This document shows, piece after piece, positions 1 through 9,173 of a stretch of 34,546 nucleotides of DNA. Under the pieces are notes generated by a model. That model had not been told where the DNA came from and ran no database searches. It worked only from the letters and a program-made list of their open reading frames with translations. The stretch is from Candidatus Methanoxibalbensis ujae (lineage in GTDB: Archaea > Halobacteriota > Syntropharchaeia > Alkanophagales > Methanospirareceae). The position numbers and the translations under genes were made by a program. Where the stretch lies: the NCBI GenBank assembly GCA_026134085.1, contig JAOQIN010000017.1, forward strand, positions 1 through 34,546, in the 5' to 3' direction. The stretch's first letter is position 1, and every line of letters begins with the position of its first letter.

Positions 1-587
1 TGCTTGATTTCAACCTCTTTTTTGATAGGAATAACGAAGTAAAACCGACCATCTCTTCTGACCAACTGAAAAGCACCGATTTTATACTTTCCGTTCAAAG
101 CATCTTCAAGCAATTGTTTTTGTATTTCTCCGCACTCAATAGGAATAGCAACCCTCTTATCTCCATTAACCTTTATCTTAAAGAAAAAATTGAATTCCAT
201 ACCATGCTCGAAAACGCTTACTACACGAGGATGATTGAGTCTTACAGTAAATTCCTCAATTTTTGGCAAAGATGCTTTTCTACCCCTTCTGATCAGTTGA
301 GAATAAGAGTTAATAGTTTCCACAACTACATCTCTTATTTCCTGAACTGTTTGAGAAGAGATATCAAAGCTCTCTCTGATTTTCTTGTAAAGTTTTTTAT
401 GCAGAAGATTTTTCAAATCCTCAGCGGTTATTTCTCCGGAGCAAAGTTTCTCTTAAGAATTTTCAAGAATGTAAGAGTAGTAAATCCTTGCTACGGTTTG
501 ATATGTGGTGAAGAAATTCCTCAAAGAAAGAAATTTATCTTTATTAATCTTATTGGAAACCTTCACCGTAATTTTTGCAACCTGCAT
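1..587 (-). pseudogene. tnpB: TnpB-like (IS200/IS605 family RNA-guided endonuclease), N-terminal part, interrupted by an in-frame TAA; runs off the window edge
   Basis: Hand translation from ATG 587: MQVAKITVKVSNKINKDKFLSLRNFFTTYQTVARIYYSYILENS*EKLCSGEITAEDLKNLLHKKLYKKIRESFDISSQTVQEIRDVVVETINSY...KRVAIPIECGEIQKQLLEDALNGKYKIGAFQLVRRDGRFYFVIPIKKEVEIK. TAA at 455-453. The YxxIRxxFxISSQxVQ and K-GxFYFxIPI segments resemble the REC/WED region of TnpB/Cas12f just before RuvC-I, which lies outside the window. AT-rich. Confidence 0.75.
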
Positions 588-665
588 AGTTATATATTAT
601 TCAAACAAATATTAAATATTTGCCTCAATTCTTCTCCACCCTTTCGGATGGAGTCTCCTTGAGGT
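1..665 (-). mobile_element. IS200/IS605-family (tnpB-only, IS1341-like) element, left part
   Basis: tnpB-like ORF with a subterminal hairpin at 634-653 (minus strand CTCCATCC-GAAA-GGGTGGAG) and no tnpA between hairpin and ORF. The exact left boundary is not determined. Confidence 0.6.
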
Positions 666-672
666 GGTTAAG

Positions 673-1833
673 ATGAAGGCTCTTATACTCGCAGCAGGCA
701 GAGGAGAGAGGCTGCTTCCCATGACTGAAAGCAGACCGAAAGCTCTTCTTCCGATCGCGAACAAGCCACTCATTGATTATCAAATTGCCGCGTTGAAAAG
801 AGAGGGTGTTTATGAGATTGCGGTTGTGGCGGGGCATTATGAGGAGAAATTGAGAGCACATCTGGATGATGTGAAGTTTTACAGAGATACACGAATAAGC
901 GGGACGGCAAGCGCTGTTTACGCGGCTCGTGAGTTCATAGATGAGGACTTCATCCTCATATACGGTGATGTGTTCTTCGACGGCCCGCTTGATGCTCTCA
1001 TCAGAGAGAAAAATGCAATGCTCATATACCGGGTCTCAGATGTTTCGGCATACGGCGAGGTCATAACTCACGGGGGATTTCTGCATGATATAAGAGAGAA
1101 GAAAGGACGCGGTGAGGGCTTCATAAACGCGGGACTTTATCATCTGGAGCCTGAGATAGTTGATTTCATCGCACAGACATCACAGAGCGAACGCGGTGAA
1201 TATGAGATAACCGATGCACTCACAGCAATGAGCCGTGAACTTGCTGACCGCAGCGATGGCAGCGATAGCAATGGCAGCGATCGCGATGGAAGCGGTATAA
1301 AAACGATAATATTTGAGGGATACTGGAGGGACATCGGGTATCCGTGGGATTATCTTGATGCGAACATGTATATGCTGCGCAAGATCGGATTTCACATAGG
1401 CGAGAACACAGATGTGTGGGATACCGCCATAATAAGGAAGCCCGTGATAATCGGAAGGGACTGTGAGATCAAAAACTGTGTCATAGAGCATTCAGTCATA
1501 GGAGATGGATGCACAGTTGGAGAGTTCAGCGTTGTTAAGCGGAGTGTCGTCATGAGGAGGAGCAGGGTTCCCCATCTCAACTATGTTGCGGACAGCATAA
1601 TAGGGGAGAGATGCAATCTGGGCGCCGGAACAAAAATAGCCAACCTGCGTTTTGACGGGAAAAATGTGAAAATGCTCGTGAAGGGCGAGGTTGTTGATTC
1701 AGGGAGGAGAAAGCTCGGTGCTGTCATAGGTGATGATGTCAAGACAGGAATAAATGTGTCAATATATCCCGGTGTGAAAATAAGCGGCGGAAGATGGATA
1801 GACGCGGAAACACTTGTCCGCAGGGATCTGTGA
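673..1833 (+). CDS. glmU: Bifunctional sugar-1-phosphate nucleotidyltransferase/acetyltransferase (archaeal GlmU-like)
   Basis: MKALILAAGRGERLLP..RPKALLPIANKP nucleotidyltransferase motif, EK, ERGEYEITD, and a C-terminal hexapeptide beta-helix (PHLNYVADSIIGERCNLGAGTKIANLRFD...GRRKLGAVIGD). Start moved to ATG 673 behind SD GAGGTG. Confidence 0.9.
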   Translation: MKALILAAGRGERLLPMTESRPKALLPIANKPLIDYQIAALKREGVYEIAVVAGHYEEKLRAHLDDVKFYRDTRISGTASAVYAAREFIDEDFILIYGDVFFDGPLDALIREKNAMLIYRVSDVSAYGEVITHGGFLHDIREKKGRGEGFINAGLYHLEPEIVDFIAQTSQSERGEYEITDALTAMSRELADRSDGSDSNGSDRDGSGIKTIIFEGYWRDIGYPWDYLDANMYMLRKIGFHIGENTDVWDTAIIRKPVIIGRDCEIKNCVIEHSVIGDGCTVGEFSVVKRSVVMRRSRVPHLNYVADSIIGERCNLGAGTKIANLRFDGKNVKMLVKGEVVDSGRRKLGAVIGDDVKTGINVSIYPGVKISGGRWIDAETLVRRDL

Positions 1834-1845
1834 GAGCTGTTTTCT

Positions 1846-2451
1846 TCACTGCATGCTGGCTGAGTGAAGCTCGTTCACCCATCTGTGACTTCTGCTTTCA
1901 AGCTGTATGAACAGTGTTGCAGCGATTGATCCTATTGTTTTCGCCTTTATCGCCTCGCTGACTACGAAAGGCATCTCCTCCTCCACAATCCGCTTCGCCT
2001 CACCCACGCACATTCTCATCAATCTCGCAGCACGAGCAACCTCTTCCTCAGCAGCCTTTTTGGCTTTCTTCTCCTCAACTTCAACTTCAACTCCTGCTTC
2101 AACTTCAACTCCTTCTCCAGCTCCAACTCCTTCTCCTTCTGCCGCTGTCGCCGCAGTTGTGCGTTGCGATGTGGCTGTTTCCGTAATCTCAGCATGCTCC
2201 GCTGTCTGCCGCGCATCAGCCTTCAGCTTCTCTTCTATCTGCACCATTTCCCTCCTTTCAAGCTCATCAATCATCTCGGAAGCCTGCCTTCTCGTCAATT
2301 TCGCATAGTTCGTGAAACCTCTCTCCTCCTTGAAATCCCTGGGGTCAATACCGAGTCTGTGCAGCAGCGCGTATATCTTCCTTATCTGCGCCTCCGTCGC
2401 GAGGTTCTCGCTGTCCGCTATTTCACTGAAGTATCCCTCCTCCTCTGTCAT
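1846..2451 (-). CDS. Hypothetical protein with N-terminal 'ATEAQ...LTRRQASEMIDEL' helical domain and acidic low-complexity linker
   Basis: Start chosen at ATG 2451, about 25 nt downstream of a TATA-like TATATTTAAA (2471-2480). The motif resembles small DUF3072-like/phage annealing-protein tail domains. Confidence 0.65.
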   Translation of the reverse strand: MTEEEGYFSEIADSENLATEAQIRKIYALLHRLGIDPRDFKEERGFTNYAKLTRRQASEMIDELERREMVQIEEKLKADARQTAEHAEITETATSQRTTAATAAEGEGVGAGEGVEVEAGVEVEVEEKKAKKAAEEEVARAARLMRMCVGEAKRIVEEEMPFVVSEAIKAKTIGSIAATLFIQLESRSHRWVNELHSASMQ

Positions 2452-2480
2452 TTCATATATGTTTGTTCTCTTTAAATATA

Positions 2481-2525
2481 TCAGTATCAGCATCCAGCAT
2501 CAGCATCAGTATCAACATCAGCACC
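2481..2525. repeat. Degenerate hexanucleotide microsatellite (CAGCAT/CAGTAT)n
   Basis: tcagtatcagcatccagcatcagcatcagtatcaacatcagcacc. Confidence 0.8.
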
Positions 2526-2672
2526 GCACTTCCACATTCTGACTTCTGACTGCAGAAGCTGAACAGATTGTCCGAACACGAAAGTGGAAGTAGCACAGGC
2601 ATCGGAGGCATCGGAAAAAGAGAAAAAGCAAAAAAAAGGAGGAAAGATGAAATAAGACAGCAAATCAAAAAA

Positions 2673-2960
2673 TCATCTGGCTGCTTTCCATCTGCCTCTT
2701 GTCTCCTTCTCGACGAGTCCGTGTTTCTCAAGAAGACGGAGTATCTCGCCGACCCTTGTCGCGTCGCTTATGCCTGCGTATTCCGCTATTTTCCGCTTTG
2801 CTCTCCCTCTCGGGTCCTCAGCCTTCGCTCTCTCAACCGCTGCGAGCACTTTCTCGAAATCCTGAATCAGAGAGCCAAGACCTTCAGGAGCACCCGGCCT
2901 CTCCCTCAACATCTCCCTTACCTCTTCCAAAGAATCTGCTTCTATTATTATCTTCGCCAT
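2673..2960 (-). CDS. Small winged-helix-turn-helix protein (putative DNA-binding)
   Basis: C-terminal KRKIAEYAGISDATRVGEILRLLEKHGLVEKETRGRWK fits a wHTH pattern. SD GGAGGT before ATG 2960 and TTATATATAA at 2991-3000. Confidence 0.7.
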   Translation of the reverse strand: MAKIIIEADSLEEVREMLRERPGAPEGLGSLIQDFEKVLAAVERAKAEDPRGRAKRKIAEYAGISDATRVGEILRLLEKHGLVEKETRGRWKAAR

Positions 2961-3290
2961 ACTACCACCTCCTTTACACAATATTGCACATTATATATAA
3001 ATACTGTTGCTAAAATATGGAAAGAATGAATGCTGAACTGTGAGGAGTTGGCAGTTGAACGCTGAAAGCTGTATAGAATGAAATGATATTTGGCTCTCAC
3101 AAACATCTCCCCGCACCACAGTGAGTGCCCACCAGACATCAGCCTCAATGTTGGCCTCAATGTTGTGCTCCCCGTATCTGATCACATGGATCACATCACT
3201 GCTGCTTCAGGCAGAGCATCAGTCGTTCAGGCAGAGCATCAGACAGAGAACCAGACAACAATGCAAATCACATGTGGTGGGGGGATTGGC

Positions 3291-5267
3291 TCAGAAATAC
3301 CATTGAGGCAGCCATTTAAGGCTGTCCCTGTATTCAGGAGAAACCGGCATTCCTGAGATAACGGGATAAAACATCACAAATACAGCGGCAACGAATATGA
3401 GATATGCGATGACAATGCTCCTTGAGAGAGCTTTGCTGTCTTTATCCTCCCACAGCAATTCAAGCCAGTATGTCACTGCGAGTATGAGAAATGTGGTGGC
3501 AGGTGCGAAATGATAGATGAAGAGTATGCGCGGGATGAGCGCGTATGGCAGCCAGAGGGAGAAGAAGGGTATGATTATGAAAAGCTGCTTCAGTATTTTT
3601 GAATGTGCGGCTGGCGCTGCGGCTGTCGCCTCATTGTGCGGGTCTGCTGCTCCTGATGGGACTCCTGATGATGTGATTTTTTCATGTCTCACGAATGCAG
3701 CGACTGAAGTTGCAGCGATCGCCGGTATCGCACTCCACCATATCACGGGATTTCCCATCAAAACGACCGTTGAGACAGTGTTTCCCTCCGTGTTCACGAA
3801 CATCCAGAGCGGCTTCAGGATGAGAGGCCACGACCACCATGGCGATGAGAAGGGATGCGTCGCATTGAGGCTCGCATGATAGAGGAACATACCTATCTGA
3901 AGGTCAAAAACTGTCAGCGGTGATGGAGTTGTTATATTCACAGTGCCTCCCCTCAGGTATTCGGACACGTATTGCATGTACAAAGGCAGTCTGCTCATGT
4001 CAAAAAGCGGATGACCTGAAAGCATATAGGGTATGTAAGTTGCAATGTATATTGCGGCGGATGCGAATACACCAGCCAGAATTACATTAAAATCACTGCG
4101 AACATGCTCTTTCCTCGCGAGCAGAAGGAACAGGATAATTATGGTGAGGAACCCATAAAAGGCAGTCCATTTGACAGCGAACCACAATCCACAGCACACT
4201 ATGCTGATGAAAAGCGACATTCTCGCCGCCTTGTTCTGCTGCCTTTTCCGCAGATATTCGTGGAAGAAGAAGAATGTGAGAAGTGAGAAGAAGAACAGAT
4301 ATATCTCGCCTGTTGCGAGCCTTGCGAGTGAAAAATGCATGAAGTCAAATGCCAGAAGGTAGGCTGCGAAGTATCCGGCTGTGTTGCTGCCAAAAAGGCG
4401 CCTCGCAAACAGGAACATGACAGGTATCATCGCTGCCGCTGCTATGACGCCGATAACACGCCACCCAAAAGGATTCATGCCAAAAAGAATGATGCCAAGC
4501 GCAATTATCAGCTTTCCGAGAGGAGGATGGGTGGTCTCATAGGGTTCTTCAAGGTGAAGATACTCCCATGCGGTTCTGACAAAATACATCTCGTCAAAAT
4601 ATGCACCGTTCTTCTGCGTTATCGGCAGCTCAATCTCATCCTGCTCGTCGAAAATATTTCCTGGATCGCTGATGCTTTTATCGCCGATGCTTTTCATGCT
4701 GTTTGCTGTGTTGTCAGCCGATTTGTCAGCTGTGTCTGTTGATTTGATACTGCCAATGCGCACTGGTATCCTGTGGCCTTCCGCAGATATGATGAGTATC
4801 TCACCTATCTTCCCGTATGTGGGTTCAAAAACGAATTTAAGCATGTCAGTTTTTCTGTTCAGTGCAAGGCGCACCCAATTGCAGAAACGCACATCGTTGG
4901 AGTTGTCGTATGTAAGCACCTTGCGCCATCTGTGACTGATGTTGCTCGTGTCGCCTGTATTTGTATCGCCCATATGGGAGCTTCTGCTTCCACAGAAAAC
5001 CTCAAATTTCGTGGCGTTTGCGTCGCACAGAAAAACATATATGGCGCTCACATCACATCCGTCGGATGTGCAGTTCTGAAGCTGCACGATCATCTCAGTT
5101 CGCCCATCACCGCCTGCGGCCGGTTGCCAACATGAGATCGGAATGTGAAATGTGCCCATGTTGAACAGTGCAAGCGCAGTAAATACCAGTGTGATAGCAG
5201 CAACTATCACGATACTGAGATGATTGCCACTGTTCCGCTTTCTATCCGTCAGCGCGCTCATAATCAA
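3291..5267 (-). CDS. Dolichyl/polyprenyl-phosphate-mannose-protein mannosyltransferase (PMT, GT39-like), polytopic membrane protein
   Basis: YFDEMYF (DE motif), THPPLGKLIIALG, FGWR, AVKWT, HPFSSPWWSWP, MGNPVIWW, LFIYHFAP; many TM helices. Confidence 0.85.
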   Translation of the reverse strand: MIMSALTDRKRNSGNHLSIVIVAAITLVFTALALFNMGTFHIPISCWQPAAGGDGRTEMIVQLQNCTSDGCDVSAIYVFLCDANATKFEVFCGSRSSHMGDTNTGDTSNISHRWRKVLTYDNSNDVRFCNWVRLALNRKTDMLKFVFEPTYGKIGEILIISAEGHRIPVRIGSIKSTDTADKSADNTANSMKSIGDKSISDPGNIFDEQDEIELPITQKNGAYFDEMYFVRTAWEYLHLEEPYETTHPPLGKLIIALGIILFGMNPFGWRVIGVIAAAAMIPVMFLFARRLFGSNTAGYFAAYLLAFDFMHFSLARLATGEIYLFFFSLLTFFFFHEYLRKRQQNKAARMSLFISIVCCGLWFAVKWTAFYGFLTIIILFLLLARKEHVRSDFNVILAGVFASAAIYIATYIPYMLSGHPLFDMSRLPLYMQYVSEYLRGGTVNITTPSPLTVFDLQIGMFLYHASLNATHPFSSPWWSWPLILKPLWMFVNTEGNTVSTVVLMGNPVIWWSAIPAIAATSVAAFVRHEKITSSGVPSGAADPHNEATAAAPAAHSKILKQLFIIIPFFSLWLPYALIPRILFIYHFAPATTFLILAVTYWLELLWEDKDSKALSRSIVIAYLIFVAAVFVMFYPVISGMPVSPEYRDSLKWLPQWYF

Positions 5268-5443
5268 TCATCGCTTCATCCATCCTGCTATATATCTTCA
5301 CACTCCTCTTCGCAGTGGCGGCGCGTTGCGGCTCAGGCGGAGATTGGTCTGTTCTCCCGCTGAAAGCAGGCACGAACTTACACCTCTCTCAAATTTAATG
5401 CCTCTCCTTAGCGATGCATGGAGCATGATGCATGGAGGTGGAG

Positions 5444-6007
5444 ATGGGTGAGATGTCGCTCATAGACACAGTTGTGATGGCGATATGGCTCATGCTTCCT
5501 GCATACATAGCGAATGGAGCTGCCGCATTTTTCGGTGGAATTTTCGGCAGGACGCCTATTGACTTGCGCAGAAATCTGCGAAAGAACAGAATTCTCGGAG
5601 ACGGAAAAACATACGAAGGCTTCTTCTTCGGAGTCTCGGCGGGATTGCTCGTCGGAACACTGCAACAATTTTCTGCAAAATCGCTTCGGATGCCTGAATT
5701 CTCTGCGAATGCAGATTTCGCATCTGTCGTCCTGCTATGTCTCTGTGTGGGTGCGCTGCTCGGCGACATCGCAGCGAGCTTCGTGAAGCGTCGCTTGGGA
5801 CTGAGAAGGGGCGCTCTTTTTCCACTGCTTGACCAGTTGGATTTTGTTGCAGGCGCTTGGCTGTTCCTTTTCGCATTTGCACGGGAATGGTTTCTCGCAA
5901 ATTTCACACTGTCTGTTGCGATTGCTGTGATTCTTCTGACGCCACCGCTGCATTTGCTCACAAACTTTCTGGGCTTCAAAATGCGCTTGAAGCGAGAGGC
6001 ATGGTGA
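5444..6007 (+). CDS. carS: CDP-archaeol synthase (DUF46)
   Basis: LPAYIANG, PID, RILGDGKTYEG, GALLGDIAASFVKRRLG..RG..PLLDQLDF. Start may be 5432, 5444 or 5453. Confidence 0.9.
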   Translation: MGEMSLIDTVVMAIWLMLPAYIANGAAAFFGGIFGRTPIDLRRNLRKNRILGDGKTYEGFFFGVSAGLLVGTLQQFSAKSLRMPEFSANADFASVVLLCLCVGALLGDIAASFVKRRLGLRRGALFPLLDQLDFVAGAWLFLFAFAREWFLANFTLSVAIAVILLTPPLHLLTNFLGFKMRLKREAW

Positions 6008-6049
6008 GTTTTTTGTTTTGTTTTCGTTTTGTTTTATTTTGTTCTGTTC

Positions 6050-7507
6050 TTATGACCCCAGTTTTATTGCCGGGATCCAATTTTCATATTTATTTCCGTT
6101 TGCATCCACGAATTCAGTGCAGTTTATCCATCCATTTTCTGTTTTCAGTGAAGATGTGTGATGAATCTGCGGATATGAACCAGTTACTATCGTTATATTG
6201 TATGTCTCATAAGGCATTAATACGACAGTTCTGTTGAAGGGGATGTTCATCCAGTCCTCTTTGTAACCCTCCCATTCCGCATAAGCACACCAAGTTGAGT
6301 TGCATATAAGAGCATATTCGGTGTGACCTCCTGTTCCTTTGCATGCATATGTGTATAATTTTGTTGCTATTATTTTAGTATTTGTTTTTATTGTGCCCAT
6401 GAATTTACCTGATATGGAGGGATATGGATTTTCTGGTCTACCAGTGTCAAATATTTTCGCTGGAGTCGGCGTTGGTGATGGTGAAGGCGAGGGAGTAGGA
6501 GAGGGCGTTGGAGAAGGCGTAGGCGTCTCCACAAAATAATTCTCAAATCTCTCAATAAGTGGATAATTGTCTTTATCTGTGTTTATACTGTAAGAAGTAT
6601 CTCCAATCCCATCTCTATTCGCATCATAGCCTCTGTAATCGCTCCAGTAGTTTCCTAAGTAATTCGTATACTGTTTTCCGTTATATGTGTAAGTTATTTG
6701 TTCAGTGGAGTTCCAGATGTTGTTACCACGATGATAAGTAACATTATTAATGTTATTAAAATTATTAAGGTAAATTAAATTATCTGGAGAATATACCCAA
6801 ATTCCATCTTTGTTTCCGTATATATTGTTGGCTTTTATAATGTTTTGAATGGAAGGTTGAGGAGGAATTGTTCCTACATCCCATAATTGGATGCCATATA
6901 ATTCATTCCAACTTATTTCGTTTTCTGTGATACTGTTATAAGATGAATTATGTAAGTAGATTCCAAATGTGTTGTTTGATATTTTATTATTACTAATAAT
7001 GTTATATTGAGAGTAAAGAATTTTGATACCCCCATCGCTATGCGATACTGTATTATTTATTAAGTTATTACAGTTTGAATGATAAATATAAATTCCATTT
7101 GAATTATCATATATATTGTTATTTGAAATGTTACAGTAATTTGCATTGTTTAGGGATATCCCAGCTAATATCTCCTCCCCATTCGCCCCAGTCACGGTTA
7201 ATCCGCTTATATTAACATAATCTGCAGTTATCTCAAGTGCATGATCCATCGAATTTGCAGCTAAGATAATACAATTAGCAGAGCTGTTCTCAGATTTTAG
7301 CGTCAACTGTTTGTAGACATTCACATTCTCATAGTAAATTCCATCCCTCACAATAATTGTATCTCCATCAGTAGCATTATCAACAGCCCACTGAATCTTC
7401 GCATAATCGTCAGGCACATATATCGTCCTTGCAGACGCCACAGATGCGAAAGCACAAAGCACGAATGCCACGCAAACACCGAATACCAGATGTTTATTCC
7501 CTCTCAT
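6050..7507 (-). CDS. Secreted NosD/CASH parallel beta-helix protein with Pro/Thr/Ser linker and C-terminal domain
   Basis: Signal peptide ending ASA, IYVPDDYAKIQWAVDNA..GDTIIVRDG, Asn-rich GIxL repeats, GNYWSDY..DANRDGIGD, (TPSP)n linker; AT-rich. Confidence 0.85.
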   Translation of the reverse strand: MRGNKHLVFGVCVAFVLCAFASVASARTIYVPDDYAKIQWAVDNATDGDTIIVRDGIYYENVNVYKQLTLKSENSSANCIILAANSMDHALEITADYVNISGLTVTGANGEEILAGISLNNANYCNISNNNIYDNSNGIYIYHSNCNNLINNTVSHSDGGIKILYSQYNIISNNKISNNTFGIYLHNSSYNSITENEISWNELYGIQLWDVGTIPPQPSIQNIIKANNIYGNKDGIWVYSPDNLIYLNNFNNINNVTYHRGNNIWNSTEQITYTYNGKQYTNYLGNYWSDYRGYDANRDGIGDTSYSINTDKDNYPLIERFENYFVETPTPSPTPSPTPSPSPSPTPTPAKIFDTGRPENPYPSISGKFMGTIKTNTKIIATKLYTYACKGTGGHTEYALICNSTWCAYAEWEGYKEDWMNIPFNRTVVLMPYETYNITIVTGSYPQIHHTSSLKTENGWINCTEFVDANGNKYENWIPAIKLGS

Positions 7508-7666
7508 CCCGATCCCCTCTTTTCTTTATTTTTTATTATTTTTTATTTTCATATTCATCACATCCGCAGTCCTGCCTCTCCTCGCCCCCTGCTACCGTCA
7601 GGAGGCTCTCTGTATCGCGACTTTAATTTTTTCGGTTGTTAATCACGATGTGGGCCATCTTGCAGG

Positions 7667-9136
7667 GTGAGAACGGTGGAAGGGAAAAGTGCGGGCAAGC
7701 TCTTCTCAAATCACAAAGAGATTCTCGCAAACAGCGAAAAAAGCGAAAGGAGATTGAGGGAAGATGCCCTCGCAATTCTCGCAAGTGCGGTTAAATCTGT
7801 TGACCCTTACGGTCTTGTGTGCAACCGTGTGAGAGTTGAGGGCAGAAAGCTGAAGGTTTCAGGCGAGAACGCCACCGCAGATGTTGAACTGCGTGGTAAG
7901 GTGAGGGTTGTTGCCTTCGGCAAGGCGAGTCTTGCGATGGCGAGAGCGATTGAGGAAATTTTGAGCGTTGACGAAGGAATTGTGGTCATTCCGAGAGGTC
8001 AGCGTGGCTCGCATCCGAAGAATTTTGAAATTTTGGAGGCATCGCACCCTGTTCCAGACGAGAGCTCCGTGCATGCAGCGGAGAAGGCGCTTGAAATCGC
8101 CCGGAATTGCGAGAAAAATGACATATTCATCGCTCTGATTTCAGGAGGAGGCTCTTCACTGCTCGCAAAGCCCGCTGAAGGTCTAACGCTTGAAGACAAA
8201 AAGGAGGTGACGGAGCTTCTTTTGAGGTCTGGATGCACAGTGAGCGAATTGAATGTGGTTCGCAAGAAAATTTCTGCGGTGAAGGGCGGGAAGCTCGCCG
8301 ATGCTGCGATGCCTGCGAAAACGCTTGCTCTCATTCTCTCGGATGTGATTGGAGACCCTGTTGATGCGATTGCCTCAGGTCCGACGGCTGAAGACACTTC
8401 AACATTCAGCGATGCGAAGGAAGTGCTTGAAAAATACGGACTTTGGGAGAGAGTTCCAGAGAGCGTCAGGAATTTCATTGCAAGAGGCTTGGCGGAGGAA
8501 GAGCTTCGCAGGCATGAAAAACGCAACGCGCAAAACATAATCATAGGTAATAATCTCGTTGCCGCGAGAGCTGCGGAAGAAGAGGCGAGGGCGAGAGGCT
8601 ACAACACGCTTCTCCTGACGACGCATCTTGAGGGCGAAAGCAGAGAGGTTGCGAGGGTTTTTGTCGCGATTGCGAGGGACATTCGCCGCTACGGAATTCC
8701 TATTGAGACGCCAGCAGCGGTCATTGCGGGCGGTGAGACAACAGTCACTGTTACTGGAGATGGAAAAGGAGGGAGAAATCAGGAGTTTGTGTTGAGCGCG
8801 GCTGTTCGCATGGATGGCATGTCCAAAACTGTCATAGCATCAATCGGCACAGATGGCATTGACGGCATGAGCGAAGCTGCAGGAGCGATTGCAGACGGAT
8901 TCACAGTGAAAAGAGCAAAAGAATTGGGAATTGATCCGGAAAAATTTCTCCAGAAAAACGACTCAAACTCCTTCTTCACTGCGCTTAACGATGCATTGCT
9001 CACAGGCAGAACAGGCACGAATGTGAACGATATAATGATAATGCTTGTTGATACCGAATCTGATAATGACCAATCCGATGGATCCGATAATGCCGGATCT
9101 GATAAAGATAATGCCAAATCCGATAAAACTGAATGA
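7667..9136 (+). CDS. Glycerate 2-kinase (MOFRL/GckA family)
   Basis: FGKASLAMA, ASHPVPD, LISGGGSSL, KGGKLA, SDVIGD..IASGPT, GGETTV, GKGGRNQE, GTDGIDG, TGTNVND; acidic repeat tail. Confidence 0.92.
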   Translation: MRTVEGKSAGKLFSNHKEILANSEKSERRLREDALAILASAVKSVDPYGLVCNRVRVEGRKLKVSGENATADVELRGKVRVVAFGKASLAMARAIEEILSVDEGIVVIPRGQRGSHPKNFEILEASHPVPDESSVHAAEKALEIARNCEKNDIFIALISGGGSSLLAKPAEGLTLEDKKEVTELLLRSGCTVSELNVVRKKISAVKGGKLADAAMPAKTLALILSDVIGDPVDAIASGPTAEDTSTFSDAKEVLEKYGLWERVPESVRNFIARGLAEEELRRHEKRNAQNIIIGNNLVAARAAEEEARARGYNTLLLTTHLEGESREVARVFVAIARDIRRYGIPIETPAAVIAGGETTVTVTGDGKGGRNQEFVLSAAVRMDGMSKTVIASIGTDGIDGMSEAAGAIADGFTVKRAKELGIDPEKFLQKNDSNSFFTALNDALLTGRTGTNVNDIMIMLVDTESDNDQSDGSDNAGSDKDNAKSDKTE

Positions 9137-9173
9137 TAAAATGCTTTTTCATCTATAAAATGCTTTTTCATCT
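9136..9173. repeat. Perfect 19-bp tandem duplication at the convergent glycerate kinase/cofE junction
   Basis: ATAAAATGCTTTTTCATCT x2 (9136-9154, 9155-9173). Confidence 0.9.

Noticed and set aside
453..455. Possible stop-codon recoding in tnpB
   Set aside because: The codon is TAA, not TAG (Pyl) or TGA (Sec), so a nonsense mutation or sequencing error is more likely.
114..662. 182-aa plus-strand ORF
   Set aside because: Antisense shadow of the tnpB-like frame, with no recognisable motifs.
5300..5385. tRNA gene
   Set aside because: No cloverleaf, T-loop GTTCRA context or acceptor stem. No tRNA or rRNA was recognised in the window.
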